From an uncultured Acidobacteriota bacterium (GTDB lineage: Bacteria > Acidobacteriota > Blastocatellia > RBC074), in the NCBI GenBank assembly GCA_963796275.1, contig CAWCKY010000003.1:416001-480000 (forward strand): a stretch of 64,000 bases of DNA, read 5' to 3'. Each line of letters opens with the position of its first letter. Position 1 is the first letter of the stretch. Positions 25,032 to 36,900 of the stretch are shown one piece after another. The position numbers were made by a program, and so were the translations under genes. The notes under the pieces are model-generated. The model worked only from the letters and a program-made list of their open reading frames with translations, did not search any database and was not told the DNA's origin.

Positions 25032-26201
25032 TTAGGGAATGATATAGATAGGCAAGGTGGCGGCTAGGCCAAACCCCACGCCCATAGCTCTACGCGCAAT
25101 GTTGCTTTTAAGCGAGCTCGGGACATCGACCACATCATTGGGCATCAGGGTGATGTCTTCGCCTTTCTGCTTCTGAATCTCGTTGATGTCGTATACGTAT
25201 TCCGTTCGAGTGTTCGTGCCGGGCTCTGTCCGAACAACTTTCACCTTGCCTTTGGAAGCATCTGCCGTAAATCCTCCGGCCATGCCGATCGCCTGAATCA
25301 AGGTGATTTTGTTCCGCACCGGAAGCGCGCCTGGTTTGACTACCTGGCCGACCACAAATATCTGATCGGTTTCCGGGATGCTGATGATGTCGCCTGACAT
25401 GACAAAAGGATTGGAATTGGGGTTGCCAAGGAGCACCTCCTGTAATCTGAAGGTGAGAAGGAACGCCTGGCTTTGATCGATCGTCGACTGTAATGAAGCT
25501 TGATCGGGGAGGGGAGCGGCTGCGGGAGCTGATTGCTGTTGATCGGTAGCCGAAGAGCTCGTAATGTCTGGTTGAGCAGCGACAGGAACGATGGCTGGAA
25601 CTGGAGTTCGAGGGCTTGCGTCGCCCGCGCCTGTCTCAATCAACTCGCAGAAATCGGGGGCGCTGCCGCGGATGATATGAACGGCACCGCCGGCGCTTAG
25701 TATCGGCCCTCCGGAGTATGTTAGAAGTTCGAGCAAACGGACGCGGCGCTGAAGCTGAAACCTTCCCGGCTTCGCGACCGAGCCGATGACAGCCACTGGC
25801 TGGCTGTTATATTCCTTGACGAATACATCGACCTGCGGGTCGCGCAGATACTTTTTATATTTTTCCGCGATAAGTTGCGCCAATTCCGCCTCGGTTTTGC
25901 AGGCGACCCGTAGGTCCGGGAGGAACGGGAGGCGGATCGTGCCATGATTGCCGATCCGCTGCTCGCGCCCGAGCTCGGGACGACCGAAGACGCGCACTTC
26001 GAGCACATCTCCCGGCCCGACTCGATAACTGTCATCGTCTTTCGGGTCGCCGGCGCTGGTTATATATCCTGGGTCTTGGGCTGGCGTTATCTCCGGGGTC
26101 GGTGCTGGTTGCTGCTGTGCTAATGCGAACGCGGGTAGAAAAACAGCCAGAAATGAAAGAGCGGAAAATATTTTGAAAGTGGGGCAAATATTTCGCTTCA
26201 T
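25032..26201 (-). CDS. wza: Polysaccharide export (OPX/Wza-like) protein with SLBB domains
   Basis: YRVGPGDVLEVRVFG, YLRDPQVDV, two SLBB repeats (GSVAKPG, GQVVKPG); AGGAGG upstream of MKRN. Confidence 0.88.
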   Translation of the reverse strand: MKRNICPTFKIFSALSFLAVFLPAFALAQQQPAPTPEITPAQDPGYITSAGDPKDDDSYRVGPGDVLEVRVFGRPELGREQRIGNHGTIRLPFLPDLRVACKTEAELAQLIAEKYKKYLRDPQVDVFVKEYNSQPVAVIGSVAKPGRFQLQRRVRLLELLTYSGGPILSAGGAVHIIRGSAPDFCELIETGAGDASPRTPVPAIVPVAAQPDITSSSATDQQQSAPAAAPLPDQASLQSTIDQSQAFLLTFRLQEVLLGNPNSNPFVMSGDIISIPETDQIFVVGQVVKPGALPVRNKITLIQAIGMAGGFTADASKGKVKVVRTEPGTNTRTEYVYDINEIQKQKGEDITLMPNDVVDVPSSLKSNIARRAMGVGFGLAATLPIYIIP

Positions 26202-26301
26202 CCTCATTCTCCTCCTGATCATCCGTCAATTAATATAGGTAATGGCCTTTGTTGGGAAGCGCTGAGATTTTTATCTCAATAGTTTACCTGGGAGTAATTA
26301 A

Positions 26302-26331
26302 AGTATCGCCGATGCTCTCGATGGCTGTCAA
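26302..26331 (-). promoter_or_regulatory. Candidate sigma70 promoter for the wza-wzc operon
   Basis: The minus strand reads TTGACA-N18-GATACT about 100 bp upstream of the wza start. Confidence 0.35.
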
Positions 26332-26536
26332 TTCTGCCCGGTTGTTATCTGGTGTAAAAATCGATATTGCAGAGAAAAATAGAAGTCAGATGGACCACAC
26401 GTCCGCTGGAGTTAGGCCGCTCTTTCAGCCGTTACGTATGAAGACCAAGATCAAGACCAATTTTTCAAAAATGACGGAAATTAGGAATTGAATTCTCTTG
26501 CCCACAGCAAACGAATCCGCTAGGCTCTGATCTCTT

Positions 26537-27895
26537 ATGGTCAAAATTTCGCTTCGCCCCTTCATTGTACGTCTCAGCTTATTACTTGTTCTGGCTGCTG
26601 GTCTCGGGCTACTCGGGTGGTTTATCGCTCGCGCAGCAATAGGCGACAGCTATATGACTTACGTCGAACGAAGCGCAGTTTTATCTACCGAGGGGAGGAT
26701 GGAAGGGGCCGATCTCGCAATCAAATTTTCACCGCACGATCCGCTGGTCCACTGGCAGCGGGGTGGGGTTTATTTCAACGCCGCCATTGAAGACTTGGCG
26801 GATGAGCACCTGGGCGTCGCGGTCGAAGAGCTGCGCCGGGCCGCCCGGATGAACCCGGAGGATTACCGTGTCTGGCTGACGCTTGGGCGCGTACTCGACC
26901 AGACGGGTTCGACTGCCGAGGCGCGCGCCGCGCTCGAGCGCGCACTGCAGTTGGCTCCCAAACATTTCGAGCCACGTTGGGCAATGGGCAACCACCTATT
27001 GCGCCAGGGAGACCTCGATGGTTCGTTCGCCCAAATGCGGCTGGCGCTGGCCAACCGCCCTGCCGCTCTACCGCTCATCTTCGATTATGCCTGGGGAGTC
27101 TATCAGGGAGATGGGAAGGCTATCGCTGAAGCCCTGGCGCCTCCGCCGGAGATAAAAGTGCAGATGATCTCTTTGCTCATCTCACGCGGCCAGGTGGAAG
27201 AGGGGCTATCTTTGTGGAGCGAGATGCCTTCACCGGGGTTAAAGGATGTGCAGAGAGTGACCGAGTGCCTAATCGACGCCGGGCGATTTGCCGCTGCTTA
27301 CGATATCTGGAGCAAGGCCGGCATTCCCGATCGCCCTGCGGCTGACGAGCATTCCCTGCTCGCCAATAGCAGCTTCGAACAAACATTTACATCAGAATCC
27401 AAGACGCCATTCTATGCCTGGAGGACATCCAGGCCTGCCGGAGTGCGGGTCACGCTCGACCGGAAAGATGCGCTCGCCGGAGATCAGAGCCTGCGAGTCA
27501 GCTTTAACGTAGATCAGAATGTCGCGATCATCCTGGCTGCCCAGACAGTCCCCGTCAAACCGAAAAAAAAGTATTGTCTGAGCTTTTTTGTGAGGACAGA
27601 AGAGCTGGAGAGCCTGAGCACGCCGTTGGTCGAGATCTACGATTCGGCGGACATGAAGCGCGTCCGCGCCGCTACCGCGCCCTTCCCGACGCGCGATAAC
27701 ACGTGGGCCGAGTATGTGATTTCGCTCGACACCGCGGCGGATACCGAAGCCTTATCGATCCGCCTGCTGCGCCCGCCCTGTGCTGAATCGCCGTGCCCGA
27801 TTTTCGGGCGCCTCTGGCTCGATGATTTCAAGCTGCTTGAGTGCGAAAGTGTGAGGAAGCCTGAGAATGACAAGCCGTTGACTATTGCGAATTGA
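26537..27895 (+). CDS. Membrane-anchored TPR protein with C-terminal CBM4/9-like domain
   Basis: N-terminal TM, TPR-like repeats (ARAALERALQLAP), then LLANSSFE...GRLWLDDFKL typical of carbohydrate-binding modules. Confidence 0.75.
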   Translation: MVKISLRPFIVRLSLLLVLAAGLGLLGWFIARAAIGDSYMTYVERSAVLSTEGRMEGADLAIKFSPHDPLVHWQRGGVYFNAAIEDLADEHLGVAVEELRRAARMNPEDYRVWLTLGRVLDQTGSTAEARAALERALQLAPKHFEPRWAMGNHLLRQGDLDGSFAQMRLALANRPAALPLIFDYAWGVYQGDGKAIAEALAPPPEIKVQMISLLISRGQVEEGLSLWSEMPSPGLKDVQRVTECLIDAGRFAAAYDIWSKAGIPDRPAADEHSLLANSSFEQTFTSESKTPFYAWRTSRPAGVRVTLDRKDALAGDQSLRVSFNVDQNVAIILAAQTVPVKPKKKYCLSFFVRTEELESLSTPLVEIYDSADMKRVRAATAPFPTRDNTWAEYVISLDTAADTEALSIRLLRPPCAESPCPIFGRLWLDDFKLLECESVRKPENDKPLTIAN

Positions 27896-29184
27896 GCTGT
27901 CGGAAAGGAAATATCCTGGAAAGAGCCATCTACATATCGATTCTTTTGCTGCTCATTCTGACGCCGATCCCATATGGGGCGGTCGAATCGTGGTCAACCG
28001 CGCTATGGGAGCTATGGGTATTTGCGACGATGATTTTGTGGGGGGTGCTCGTGGTAAAAGAGGGCAGGCTCGATCTCACCGCGAATCCGCTGATCTGGCC
28101 GATGTTGGCCCTCCTGATCGTCGCGATCGTTCAGTTTCTGCCGCTGGCCGACGGCGAGCGGGGGACGATCAGTTATAACTCATATTCCACTCTACAGGCG
28201 GCAATCAAGCTCTTCACCTCGATCTCTTTCTTAATTCTTTTTGCCAGCTTTGTAAACACGGATGAACGCCGGAATATCGCGATCAAAGTAATCATAGGGG
28301 TGTGTGTATTGATCGCGCTGGTAGGGATCGGCCAGAGTTACATCGGAAAGATGATCTGGCAGCGCGGCTCGTACGGGCCGTTCGTCAACCGGAACCACTT
28401 CGCGGGTTTTCTTGAAATGGGTGTGGGCCTGGTGGGCGGGCTGATCATTGGACGCAGCGTGCGCCGGGAAATGATGGCGGTTTATGTGAGCTGCGCGCTG
28501 GCGATGTGCGCGGGCATCGTGCTATCGGCTTCGCGCGGCGGAGCGCTGGCGCTCGTAGCGGAAGTAATCTTTCTGGCAATCGTGGCTATTCCTACCTTCA
28601 TTTCATCACGGAGCGTAGATAGACAGAGGCGTTTGGGTTTAATCGTTCGATCGGCCGGAGCGATGGTGTTGGGCATCGCTGCTATTTTCGGTTCGTTGTT
28701 CCTGGTCGGATCCGAAGGACTGGTGCAGAACATCGCTCAGTCGCAGAGTGAGAGTCAGAACGAGCTGCTGGCAAGCGAGCGTTACAGCCGGCGCGACATC
28801 TGGAGCGCGACGAGCAATATGATCAAGGACCACCCCTGGCTCGGCGTCGGCCTTGGCGCTTATCAGTTCGCCTACACGCGGTACGACCAGAGCTCCGGCA
28901 TACAGCGCGTGGAGCAAGCGCACAATGACTATTTGCAGATAGTGGCCGATGCCGGATTGATTGGCGGATCGATAGTTCTGGTATTCGTGATACTGCTCTT
29001 CGCGCGAGGCGTCTCGGCGGCGCAAGCGAGGGACCGGCGCAGGCGTTCGATCATCCTCGGCGCATTGGCAGGCTGCTTCGCCATAGCTATCCACAGCTTC
29101 GTCGAATTCAACCTTCAGATTACCTCTAACGCACTGTTATTCCTCGCACTGGCCGCATTGGCTACGGAAAAAATTGATAATTGA
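27892..29184 (+). CDS. O-antigen ligase-family membrane protein
   Basis: GPFVNRNHFAGFLEM, SASRGG, RRDIW, QAHNDYLQ, HSFVEFNLQI. Confidence 0.86.
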   Translation: MSCRKGNILERAIYISILLLLILTPIPYGAVESWSTALWELWVFATMILWGVLVVKEGRLDLTANPLIWPMLALLIVAIVQFLPLADGERGTISYNSYSTLQAAIKLFTSISFLILFASFVNTDERRNIAIKVIIGVCVLIALVGIGQSYIGKMIWQRGSYGPFVNRNHFAGFLEMGVGLVGGLIIGRSVRREMMAVYVSCALAMCAGIVLSASRGGALALVAEVIFLAIVAIPTFISSRSVDRQRRLGLIVRSAGAMVLGIAAIFGSLFLVGSEGLVQNIAQSQSESQNELLASERYSRRDIWSATSNMIKDHPWLGVGLGAYQFAYTRYDQSSGIQRVEQAHNDYLQIVADAGLIGGSIVLVFVILLFARGVSAAQARDRRRRSIILGALAGCFAIAIHSFVEFNLQITSNALLFLALAALATEKIDN

Positions 29185-29268
29185 TAATGGATAATTGATA
29201 ATAAGCGGCTACGCACCTTCTCACACTATTAATTGCATAACTATCAATTATCAATTATCAATTATCAT
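29172..29268. repeat. Inverted pair of heptamer tandem arrays (ATTGATA)n / (TATCAAT)n
   Basis: aattgataattgataatggataattgataa ... ctatcaattatcaattatcaattatcatt between the ligase gene and murA. Confidence 0.85.
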
Positions 29269-29276
29269 TCTCTTCT

Positions 29277-30533
29277 ATGGACAAATTTCGCATCATCGGT
29301 GGCAGACGATTGAGCGGGAGCGTCGCGATCAGCGGGGCGAAAAATTCGGCATTGCCCTGTCTGGCAGCTTCGCTGCTCACGCCCGAGCCCGTGACTTTAC
29401 GCAACGTGCCATACGTCCGCGATCTGATCACAATGCGCCGGCTGCTCGAAGACCTGGGCTGCACCGTACTGGTGCCCGAACTGCGCACGCACCGGATCAG
29501 CGCGGATTCGGTAGAGAATTATGAAGCACCTTACGACCTGGTCAAAACCATGCGAGCCTCGGTGCTCGTGCTCGGCCCGCTCATCGCGCGCTTTGGGAAG
29601 GCGCGCGTCAGTCTCCCCGGCGGCTGCGCGATCGGTCAACGTCCCATCGATTTTCATCTCATGGCGCTCGAACGTATGGGCGCCAAAATCGAACTGCACA
29701 ACGGCATAGTCGAAGCCCACTCATCCAGATTACGAGGGGCAGACATCGCATTCGAAACAGTGACCGTGACGGGGACTGAGAACGTGATGATGGCTGCGGC
29801 GCTCGCCGAAGGCACGACTCGTATCAATAACGCCGCTTGCGAACCGGAAGTGGTCGATCTGGCCAATCTGATGACGAAGATGGGGGCCAGGATCCAAGGA
29901 GCAGGCACGCCCACGATGATAATTTCCGGTGTTGACGCTCTCGGCGGGGCGGATCACGAGATCATTCCAGATCGCATAGAAACGGGTACATTCCTGGTTG
30001 CCGGCGCGATTACGCGCAGCGATCTGGAGATCACCCGGTGTGAGCCCGACCATCTGATTGCCGTCATCGAGAAGTTGCGCGAAGTCGGCGTCAGGATCGA
30101 GCAGGCGGGCGAGCGCACGCTCAAGGTTGCGAGCGACGGCAAATTGCGCGGGGTCGATGTCACTACGGCTGTCTATCCGGGGTTCCCGACAGATATGCAG
30201 GCTCAATATATGGCACTGATGACGCAGGCCGAGGGCGATTCGGTCGTGACGGAAACGATCTTTGAGAACAGGTTTATGCACGCGAGCGAACTGCAGCGTC
30301 TCGGCGCGCGCGTCCGTACGCACGGTCATTCGGCATACGTGCAGGGCCCGACATTGCTGACGGGCGCAAAACTGATCGCATCAGACCTGCGAGCTTCGGC
30401 ATCGCTCGTCATAGCTGGACTGACGGCGCAGGATGAAACCTGGATCGATCGCGTCTATCACATCGACCGCGGGTACGAGAGGATTGAAGAGAAATTACGT
30501 TCGGTTGGAGCGGATATCGAAAGAGTGAAATGA
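29277..30533 (+). CDS. murA: UDP-N-acetylglucosamine 1-carboxyvinyltransferase
   Basis: SGAKNSALP, MRASVLVLGPL, LPGGCAIGQRP (active-site Cys), YPGFPTDMQ, DLRAS, HIDRGYE. Confidence 0.97.
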   Translation: MDKFRIIGGRRLSGSVAISGAKNSALPCLAASLLTPEPVTLRNVPYVRDLITMRRLLEDLGCTVLVPELRTHRISADSVENYEAPYDLVKTMRASVLVLGPLIARFGKARVSLPGGCAIGQRPIDFHLMALERMGAKIELHNGIVEAHSSRLRGADIAFETVTVTGTENVMMAAALAEGTTRINNAACEPEVVDLANLMTKMGARIQGAGTPTMIISGVDALGGADHEIIPDRIETGTFLVAGAITRSDLEITRCEPDHLIAVIEKLREVGVRIEQAGERTLKVASDGKLRGVDVTTAVYPGFPTDMQAQYMALMTQAEGDSVVTETIFENRFMHASELQRLGARVRTHGHSAYVQGPTLLTGAKLIASDLRASASLVIAGLTAQDETWIDRVYHIDRGYERIEEKLRSVGADIERVK

Positions 30534-30607
30534 CAGCGGCGGGGGGGCCGAATGCACAGAGTGAAGCTTCGCAACCGTCTTCCCGTGCTCACGGCGCAAT
30601 CCCGCAA

Positions 30608-32194
30608 TCATCCATTATCTTCCAGATTCACGGCCAGCCTTCCTGCCTTCCAAAGCCCGATTATGCCCAGCAACAGACAGCTCAAACAGGCGAAGCGAAA
30701 GAGACGGTAAGTTCGCTCCGATGATAGACTGCCCGGATTCCAACCGCGAAACAGGACGGGCGTCGGAATCGCCAGATTGCGAAGATCAATCTGCTTCGTT
30801 ACCGGCGCGCCGGGAGGACGAGCGAACCACCAGAATGGTTCGGGCGGCCATGGCTCGGGTTGGCTGGCACGGCCCAGTCTTGCGCTTCCCCATATGCGTA
30901 ACAAATGGAGATTGAATCGCAGATGGTTGAAGCGGGGATCGTGTTGGAACGCTTCCAGCGTCGATTGCGAACTGTTGATTGCTGCAACATAGAGGCACCC
31001 ATAATGAAAGACGATGCCGAGAAACGAGACGACCACTCCCAGGACTACCGTAGCGACTAGCAGCATTTCTTGTCTCAAACGAAATGGCTTTCCCGACACC
31101 GTGGCCGCGAAACAGATCACGAGCGGGGCGATTGCGGAATGAAGGTATCGTGGCCCCCACGTCTCCTCCGTCCACACAACCATCAGGGCGAAGCCGCCGG
31201 CCAAACCGCTTAAAGTGAGGAGCGCCCAAATTACAATCGCCGGTTGAACTTTAAAAGCGCGACGGATGGCCAGGAAACTGAGGATGACGATGGGTGCGTA
31301 GATCAACAGACTCTTATTCGCCGACCCGAAGTAATCGAAGATATTCATAACGAGTGTCAGCGGAGAATCGATGAGTATCGTTGCCAGGTAGTTTTCTTCC
31401 CCACCTTGACTCGCCCAATAAGTGTTGCGCGTGTATCGGTTCGAGATAATCGAGCCGACCACTACCGCCACGATGAAGGCATACCTCAACCAATTCCGTT
31501 TAGTCCGCGGCGCTGAATCTTTCGTGAAATAGAGCAAAAGCAGGAATCCCACCGCCGGTATCAGAAATATGCCGTTCATTTTGGCGCTCACGGCCACCGC
31601 GCATGCCAGGCCGACCTGCGCTGCCTCGAGCCAGGTATCTTTTTTCTCTCTTATCAAAACGATGTATGAACCATAAAACAGAAAGAGCGATTGCGTTGTT
31701 TCCATCCCTATGTATGCATAGGGCCACAACATTGTCGACACGCCTGTGAAGAGGGCCAGGCAGTAGCCCCAGACACAGCTCCCCGTCAATTTTCTCGTCC
31801 AGACCAAGATCAAGGCGCAGAGCAGTGAGGTAGCCAATATTGTTTGCAACAGCAGGATACGCCCCATCCAGATGCGCGACTCGCCGAATAAAACCCGGCT
31901 CAGCAGGATGAAAGGTACTTCCAGAATCGTTTCCGTGCAGCCGTGATGCGTCCAATTTATCTCGGAGAGGGGGGCCAGCTTCGCCAGGTTTATCAGATTA
32001 TCGGTTACCTGCTTGGCGGCCGTGATGTTCTCCTGCATGTACCCCATGAAAGCGCTTGTGCTGGGAGTGAATGCGCAGTAGAACAGGGTTAAAGACGCAC
32101 AAAATAGGCTGACGATTTTAAGATCGGCGTTAATGCGTCTCTCGGTCTTTGGTGATATTTGAGGTATATCTTCCACGCCGGATTTATAAGCCAT
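30608..32194 (-). CDS. Polytopic membrane protein, GT-C/PMT-like glycosyltransferase
   Basis: About 11 TM segments; TMLWPYA..ET, KSLLIYAP, WGPRYL. Confidence 0.6.
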   Translation of the reverse strand: MAYKSGVEDIPQISPKTERRINADLKIVSLFCASLTLFYCAFTPSTSAFMGYMQENITAAKQVTDNLINLAKLAPLSEINWTHHGCTETILEVPFILLSRVLFGESRIWMGRILLLQTILATSLLCALILVWTRKLTGSCVWGYCLALFTGVSTMLWPYAYIGMETTQSLFLFYGSYIVLIREKKDTWLEAAQVGLACAVAVSAKMNGIFLIPAVGFLLLLYFTKDSAPRTKRNWLRYAFIVAVVVGSIISNRYTRNTYWASQGGEENYLATILIDSPLTLVMNIFDYFGSANKSLLIYAPIVILSFLAIRRAFKVQPAIVIWALLTLSGLAGGFALMVVWTEETWGPRYLHSAIAPLVICFAATVSGKPFRLRQEMLLVATVVLGVVVSFLGIVFHYGCLYVAAINSSQSTLEAFQHDPRFNHLRFNLHLLRIWGSARLGRASQPEPWPPEPFWWFARPPGAPVTKQIDLRNLAIPTPVLFRGWNPGSLSSERTYRLFRFACLSCLLLGIIGLWKAGRLAVNLEDNG

Positions 32195-32213
32195 TTTATT
32201 ATTTAATCAGTCA

Positions 32214-33905
32214 TTAAATATTCCCACTTCGAAATTCTTCTGCCAGATATTCACTTGCCCGCCAGGCGAGCCCTGCGATCGTCAATGTGCAATTCTTCTC
32301 CGACAAAGAGACGAAGCTCGCGCCATCCACGACGAAGAGGTTCTTGATATCGTGAGATTGGTTGAACCGGTCGAGCACGGATTTTTTCGGATCGTCCCCC
32401 ATTCGCGCGGTTCCGACCTCGTGAGTTGCATCGCCCGGCGGTGGCGGCAACTGGCGCTTATATGGAGAGATTTCAGCTCCTGCAGCACGCAGAATCTCTT
32501 CAGCGCTGTCGTACATCGCGGCGGCCATCTTCAGGTCGTTCTCACCCCACCTGGCGTGGAAGCGCAATTGCGGAATGCCATAGCGATCCTTCAATCCGCC
32601 CGGATCGATCTCGCAATAGTTGTTGTAGTCCGGAAGGCATTCGCCGAAACCCGCCATGCTGACCCGCGCCGGGTTCTGCCGGCGAACGCGCTCTTTGAAA
32701 TCGCGGCCGAACCCGGAGATGCTGCGCGCGTATCCCGGAAACATACGCGAGCCGCTCCCTGGTTGAAATTGCCATCCGCGCATGAACGGTGATTTTCGGC
32801 CATCAGGAACGTTTGTGTGGCGCGGAATATAGATGTGGCCCCCGCCGGCGCCATCGTCGTTGACTACGGGCGCGCCTTCGAGAGCCGGCAGGTAACCGCT
32901 GACGAATCCGGACTTGATGTTGTCCATCAGGAAATGTCCGAGCACGCCGGATGAATTGCCGAGGCCGTTTGCGTGCTCGCGCGTCTTCGAGTTGAAGAGG
33001 ATGCGAGTCGACTCCATTGCGCCCGCGCCTAGCAGCACGACCTTTGCATAAGCTTCATACGTGAGTTTATTACGCGTGTCGATGAACTCGACTCCGTGGG
33101 CCTTGTTAGTCTTTGATTCCACCAGGACTCGATGAACGGCGGCGTGCGTGCGGAGAGTGAAGTTTTTTTGCCCGATCAGCGTGGGGATAATGGCATCGAG
33201 CGTATTGAACCGCGATGAAGTTGAACACCCGCGGTCGCACGCTCCGCAAAAGTGACAGGCGGCGCGGCCTTCGTAATTGCGCATGAGCATCGCCTTGCGC
33301 GTCGGGATTACCGGAATCCCGATTTTCTTTCCACCCTCAATCAGTCTCACTTCGCCGCAGCGTGCGGCGGGCGTGGGCGCGTGGTAGCTTCCATCGGGTA
33401 TAACATCCAGTCCTTCTTTGGTGCCGAAGACCCCCATCAGAGTTTCGGCCTTTTCGTAATAGGGCGCGAGGTCCTGATAGGATATGGGCCAGTCTTCCCC
33501 ATATCCGTCCTGCATAGATTTGCCTTTGAAGTCCCATTCAGACATGCGCAGGCTAACGCGCGCCCAGGTGTTGGTGCGCCCGCCCACTGCGTGCACGCGC
33601 GTCCAATGGAAATCGGTGCCGGGCGCGAGGGCGTAACGGTCTATTTTGGGATGGACGAACAGGTGTTCTGTGTATGCGTTGACCTTCCAGAGGCCATCGT
33701 ATTGCCCAGGTTTGCCCAGGCCGCGATAGGGCAATTCGTATGGCCATGTGTGTTCGGTGTGGAAGATTTCAGCCGGGATCCATTTCGGCCCGATTTCGAG
33801 CAGCAGGACGTTGAGGCCTTTGTTGACGAGAACATGAGCGGCGATGCCGCCGGCCGCGCCGGAGCCAACGATGATTGCGTCGTAGAGGGTTCTTTTCTGG
33901 GCCAT
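32214..33905 (-). CDS. GMC-family oxidoreductase
   Basis: [49 protein letters not shown]; likely start MAQKRT. Confidence 0.9.
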   Translation of the reverse strand: MAQKRTLYDAIIVGSGAAGGIAAHVLVNKGLNVLLLEIGPKWIPAEIFHTEHTWPYELPYRGLGKPGQYDGLWKVNAYTEHLFVHPKIDRYALAPGTDFHWTRVHAVGGRTNTWARVSLRMSEWDFKGKSMQDGYGEDWPISYQDLAPYYEKAETLMGVFGTKEGLDVIPDGSYHAPTPAARCGEVRLIEGGKKIGIPVIPTRKAMLMRNYEGRAACHFCGACDRGCSTSSRFNTLDAIIPTLIGQKNFTLRTHAAVHRVLVESKTNKAHGVEFIDTRNKLTYEAYAKVVLLGAGAMESTRILFNSKTREHANGLGNSSGVLGHFLMDNIKSGFVSGYLPALEGAPVVNDDGAGGGHIYIPRHTNVPDGRKSPFMRGWQFQPGSGSRMFPGYARSISGFGRDFKERVRRQNPARVSMAGFGECLPDYNNYCEIDPGGLKDRYGIPQLRFHARWGENDLKMAAAMYDSAEEILRAAGAEISPYKRQLPPPPGDATHEVGTARMGDDPKKSVLDRFNQSHDIKNLFVVDGASFVSLSEKNCTLTIAGLAWRASEYLAEEFRSGNI

Positions 33906-33991
33906 TTTTTTGATGTTATGAAGTAAAAGGGACAGACAGGATAACATACCGCCTCCTGCCTGTCCGTCCACTGTCTCAGGCATGACAGTAT

Positions 33992-36900
33992 TCAGAATGT
34001 GAGTTTCAGGCCGACCTGCACGTTGCGAGCCGGGGCTGCTGCAGAGATCGTCCCATAAGCATTGTTGTTGGAATCAACGTTTGGGTTGTTTAAGTTGACA
34101 ATATTCCAGGCATTGAAGAAATCGGCCTGGAATTGCAGCTTGAATTTTTCGTTGAGCGAGAACCCTTTGCGGAGCGAAAGATCCCACAAGTGACGGCCAG
34201 GCCCCTCGATGACCCCTACTCCGGCCACTCCGCGACGGTCATCCGATGGGCGGCCGAAGGCTGCCGTGTTGAACCATTCATCGATCGTTCGCGGTCCGTC
34301 GACTGGCTCGCCGGTCGCATCTGCGCGCCGGCCTCCGATCGAGCTGTTGCCCGTCGGCGTAAGGTATTGCCCCGTCTGCCACCGCGTGATTCCGCTGACC
34401 TCCCAACCGCCGAGCGTGTTATTCAAAAACGCATTGGCTTTGCGGAAGAAAGGTAATCGATAGGTGTAGGTCGTGACGAAAATATGACGCCGGTCGAAGC
34501 TCGCCGGTCCATAGTTGAAGCTGCGGTTGAAAGGGTCTTCCAGATTATCACCGTTACCGCTGTTCTCGGCCAGCGCCTTAGACCAGGTATAGCTGACGGT
34601 CATCGTCAGGTCGCCTTTGCGTTTCGTCGCATAGAGCTGTAATGCGTTGTAGTTGGAATTCGAATCGCTCAACCGCTGCCGAATTTGAGCGAAGCCTTTG
34701 TAAGGACGCATAAAGTTGGTTGCTCCACGCTCAGCCGATGGCCGCAGCTGGTTCCCTACGAGGACGGCGAATGCCGGTTGGTTGATGTCTGGCTGGCGCA
34801 GCAGATGACGACCCTGGTTCCCGACATAAGCGATTTCGCCGAAGATCCCGCCCGGCAATTCGCGCTGGATGCTGAGACTGTAGTTCATCACGTATGGTGT
34901 GACGAGGTTGGGATCCACCGTGAAGATATCGCTGAATGGTGCCACCCCCCCAGCCAGGATGTCCGCCAGATTTCCATTTTCGAATTGAGCGCTGGGCATG
35001 TAGGGCGGCATATTGCCCGATGAATAGATGATATTTCCTTCGGGCCGATCGTAGAAGATTCCGAATCCCCCGCGGATCGCCATCTTGTTGTCGTTCGCGG
35101 GCGTATATGCGAATCCGAAACGCGGAGCAAACAGATGCTGCGGGTTATACAGACCGCGGTTGGCTCCGGTTGGGACGCCCAGCACTTCAGGCGAATTGGC
35201 GTTCGGTACACGGCCCAGCTCGCTATCAGGCACCCCGGAACCCGCGCGAATTAATCCATTGTGGCGGTTGCCGCCCTTGCTGACGTCGATCGTCCCGTTT
35301 CGGTTGAGCGTTACCGCCTGTGACGGGTCATACAAGGCCGGATCGAAGTTAACGATGTTATCCGCCTGTGCGAATGTCGGCACTCCATACTGGTAACGCA
35401 TTCCGAGTTCGAGACTCAGCTTGCGGTTGACACGCCAGTTGTCGCCGACGAAGGATTCTATCTGTGAGAAGCGGAAGAATGCGATCGGATCGATCGCAGC
35501 TTCGCTGTAGGTGCGGAAATTCCCGAGCAGCGCATCGGCGAAGGCGTTGCTGGTAGAATTCGGATTGCCGCTCGCATTGAAGTTTACGCTGCCGGTGTAA
35601 TTCGAGCGGCCGTTCTGATCTTTGCGGTTTCGGATGTAGAGCACTCCGGTCTTGAGCGTGTGAGCGCCGCGCACCCAGGAGATATTATCGCTGAGGGCGA
35701 TATCGGTCGTCGGTGAATTCAATGCTCCTGTCGGGCCATCGAAGGTGGCGAAGCCGTTGATGTTGGTATTCGGTATGCCATCGTCAAAGGGCCCGCCGCC
35801 ATTGAAGACCTGCTGATAGGTGAAATCATAGGTTGAGCGTTTCCACGCATCGCCGAATGGTGGAACGCGCTGGCCATTCCATGATGCGTTGACTTTCGCT
35901 TCGTTGATGATAGTGGGTGTGATCATCCAGGTATGACCCACCTGGTAACTAAAACCAGGCCGGCGCCGGTTGGTTGGGATCGTCGGCAATTGTGAATCGA
36001 TGAATGTCCCGTAGGGCGCGACCAGGTTGTAATCGTCGTGCAGATAGCGACCATAGATCGAGTGGCGCTCATTGAAGCGATAGTCGAGCCGCAGTATCTC
36101 CTGCCGGAAATCGAAGGGGTTCGGCTCCTGAAATAACACGTTGTTACTTGTAGCTGTGTCGGTATAAGAAACCGCTCGCGCTTCCATCGCCGAGATGACC
36201 GAATTGATGGCTCTCCCGTCGGCCGTAAATAAATTAACCGGGATAGTATTATTCGGGAAGCACCCGGTGCGTACCGCCGCCTTGGTAATGACTCCATTGG
36301 TGATCTCGGGAGCTAGGCAAGTCGTGCTGGCATTGGCGGGATTGCGCAGTGCGCCGTCATCCGCAGTCCCTACGATGCCATCGGGGCCGCGTAATCTGAA
36401 TGAGAAATCGCCGTTCCGTTCGGCTCGCGTCGGAATAGTGCGCAGCGGCGAAGTTTGAAACCGGCGTATGTATTTCCATTCCATTCCGCCGAAAAAGAAG
36501 AATTTGTCTTTAATGATCGGACCGCCGAAGCTGAACCCCATATTGTTATATCGCAACCCCGGCCGTTCCACATCACGCATATTGTTGAAGACATTGTTGG
36601 CATCCACCTTGTCGTTGCGTAGATATTCAAAAACGCTGCCATGAAATTGGTTACCGCCGCTTCGGGTCACGACATTGATCGAAGCGCCTGAATTCCGCCC
36701 ATACTCGGCTGAGAAGTTGGAAGTCCGGACGGCGAGTTCGCGGATAAAGTCGATGCCGACGTTATTTATCTGACTGCCATTACTCCCGGAATCGAGATTG
36801 AAGCCGCCGTCAACCGTCAACAGGTTGGAGTTGCCGCGATTCCCGTTGATCGGCTGGCTTACGCCCAGGTCCGTCATCATTGCGAGCTGATCATCATTGA

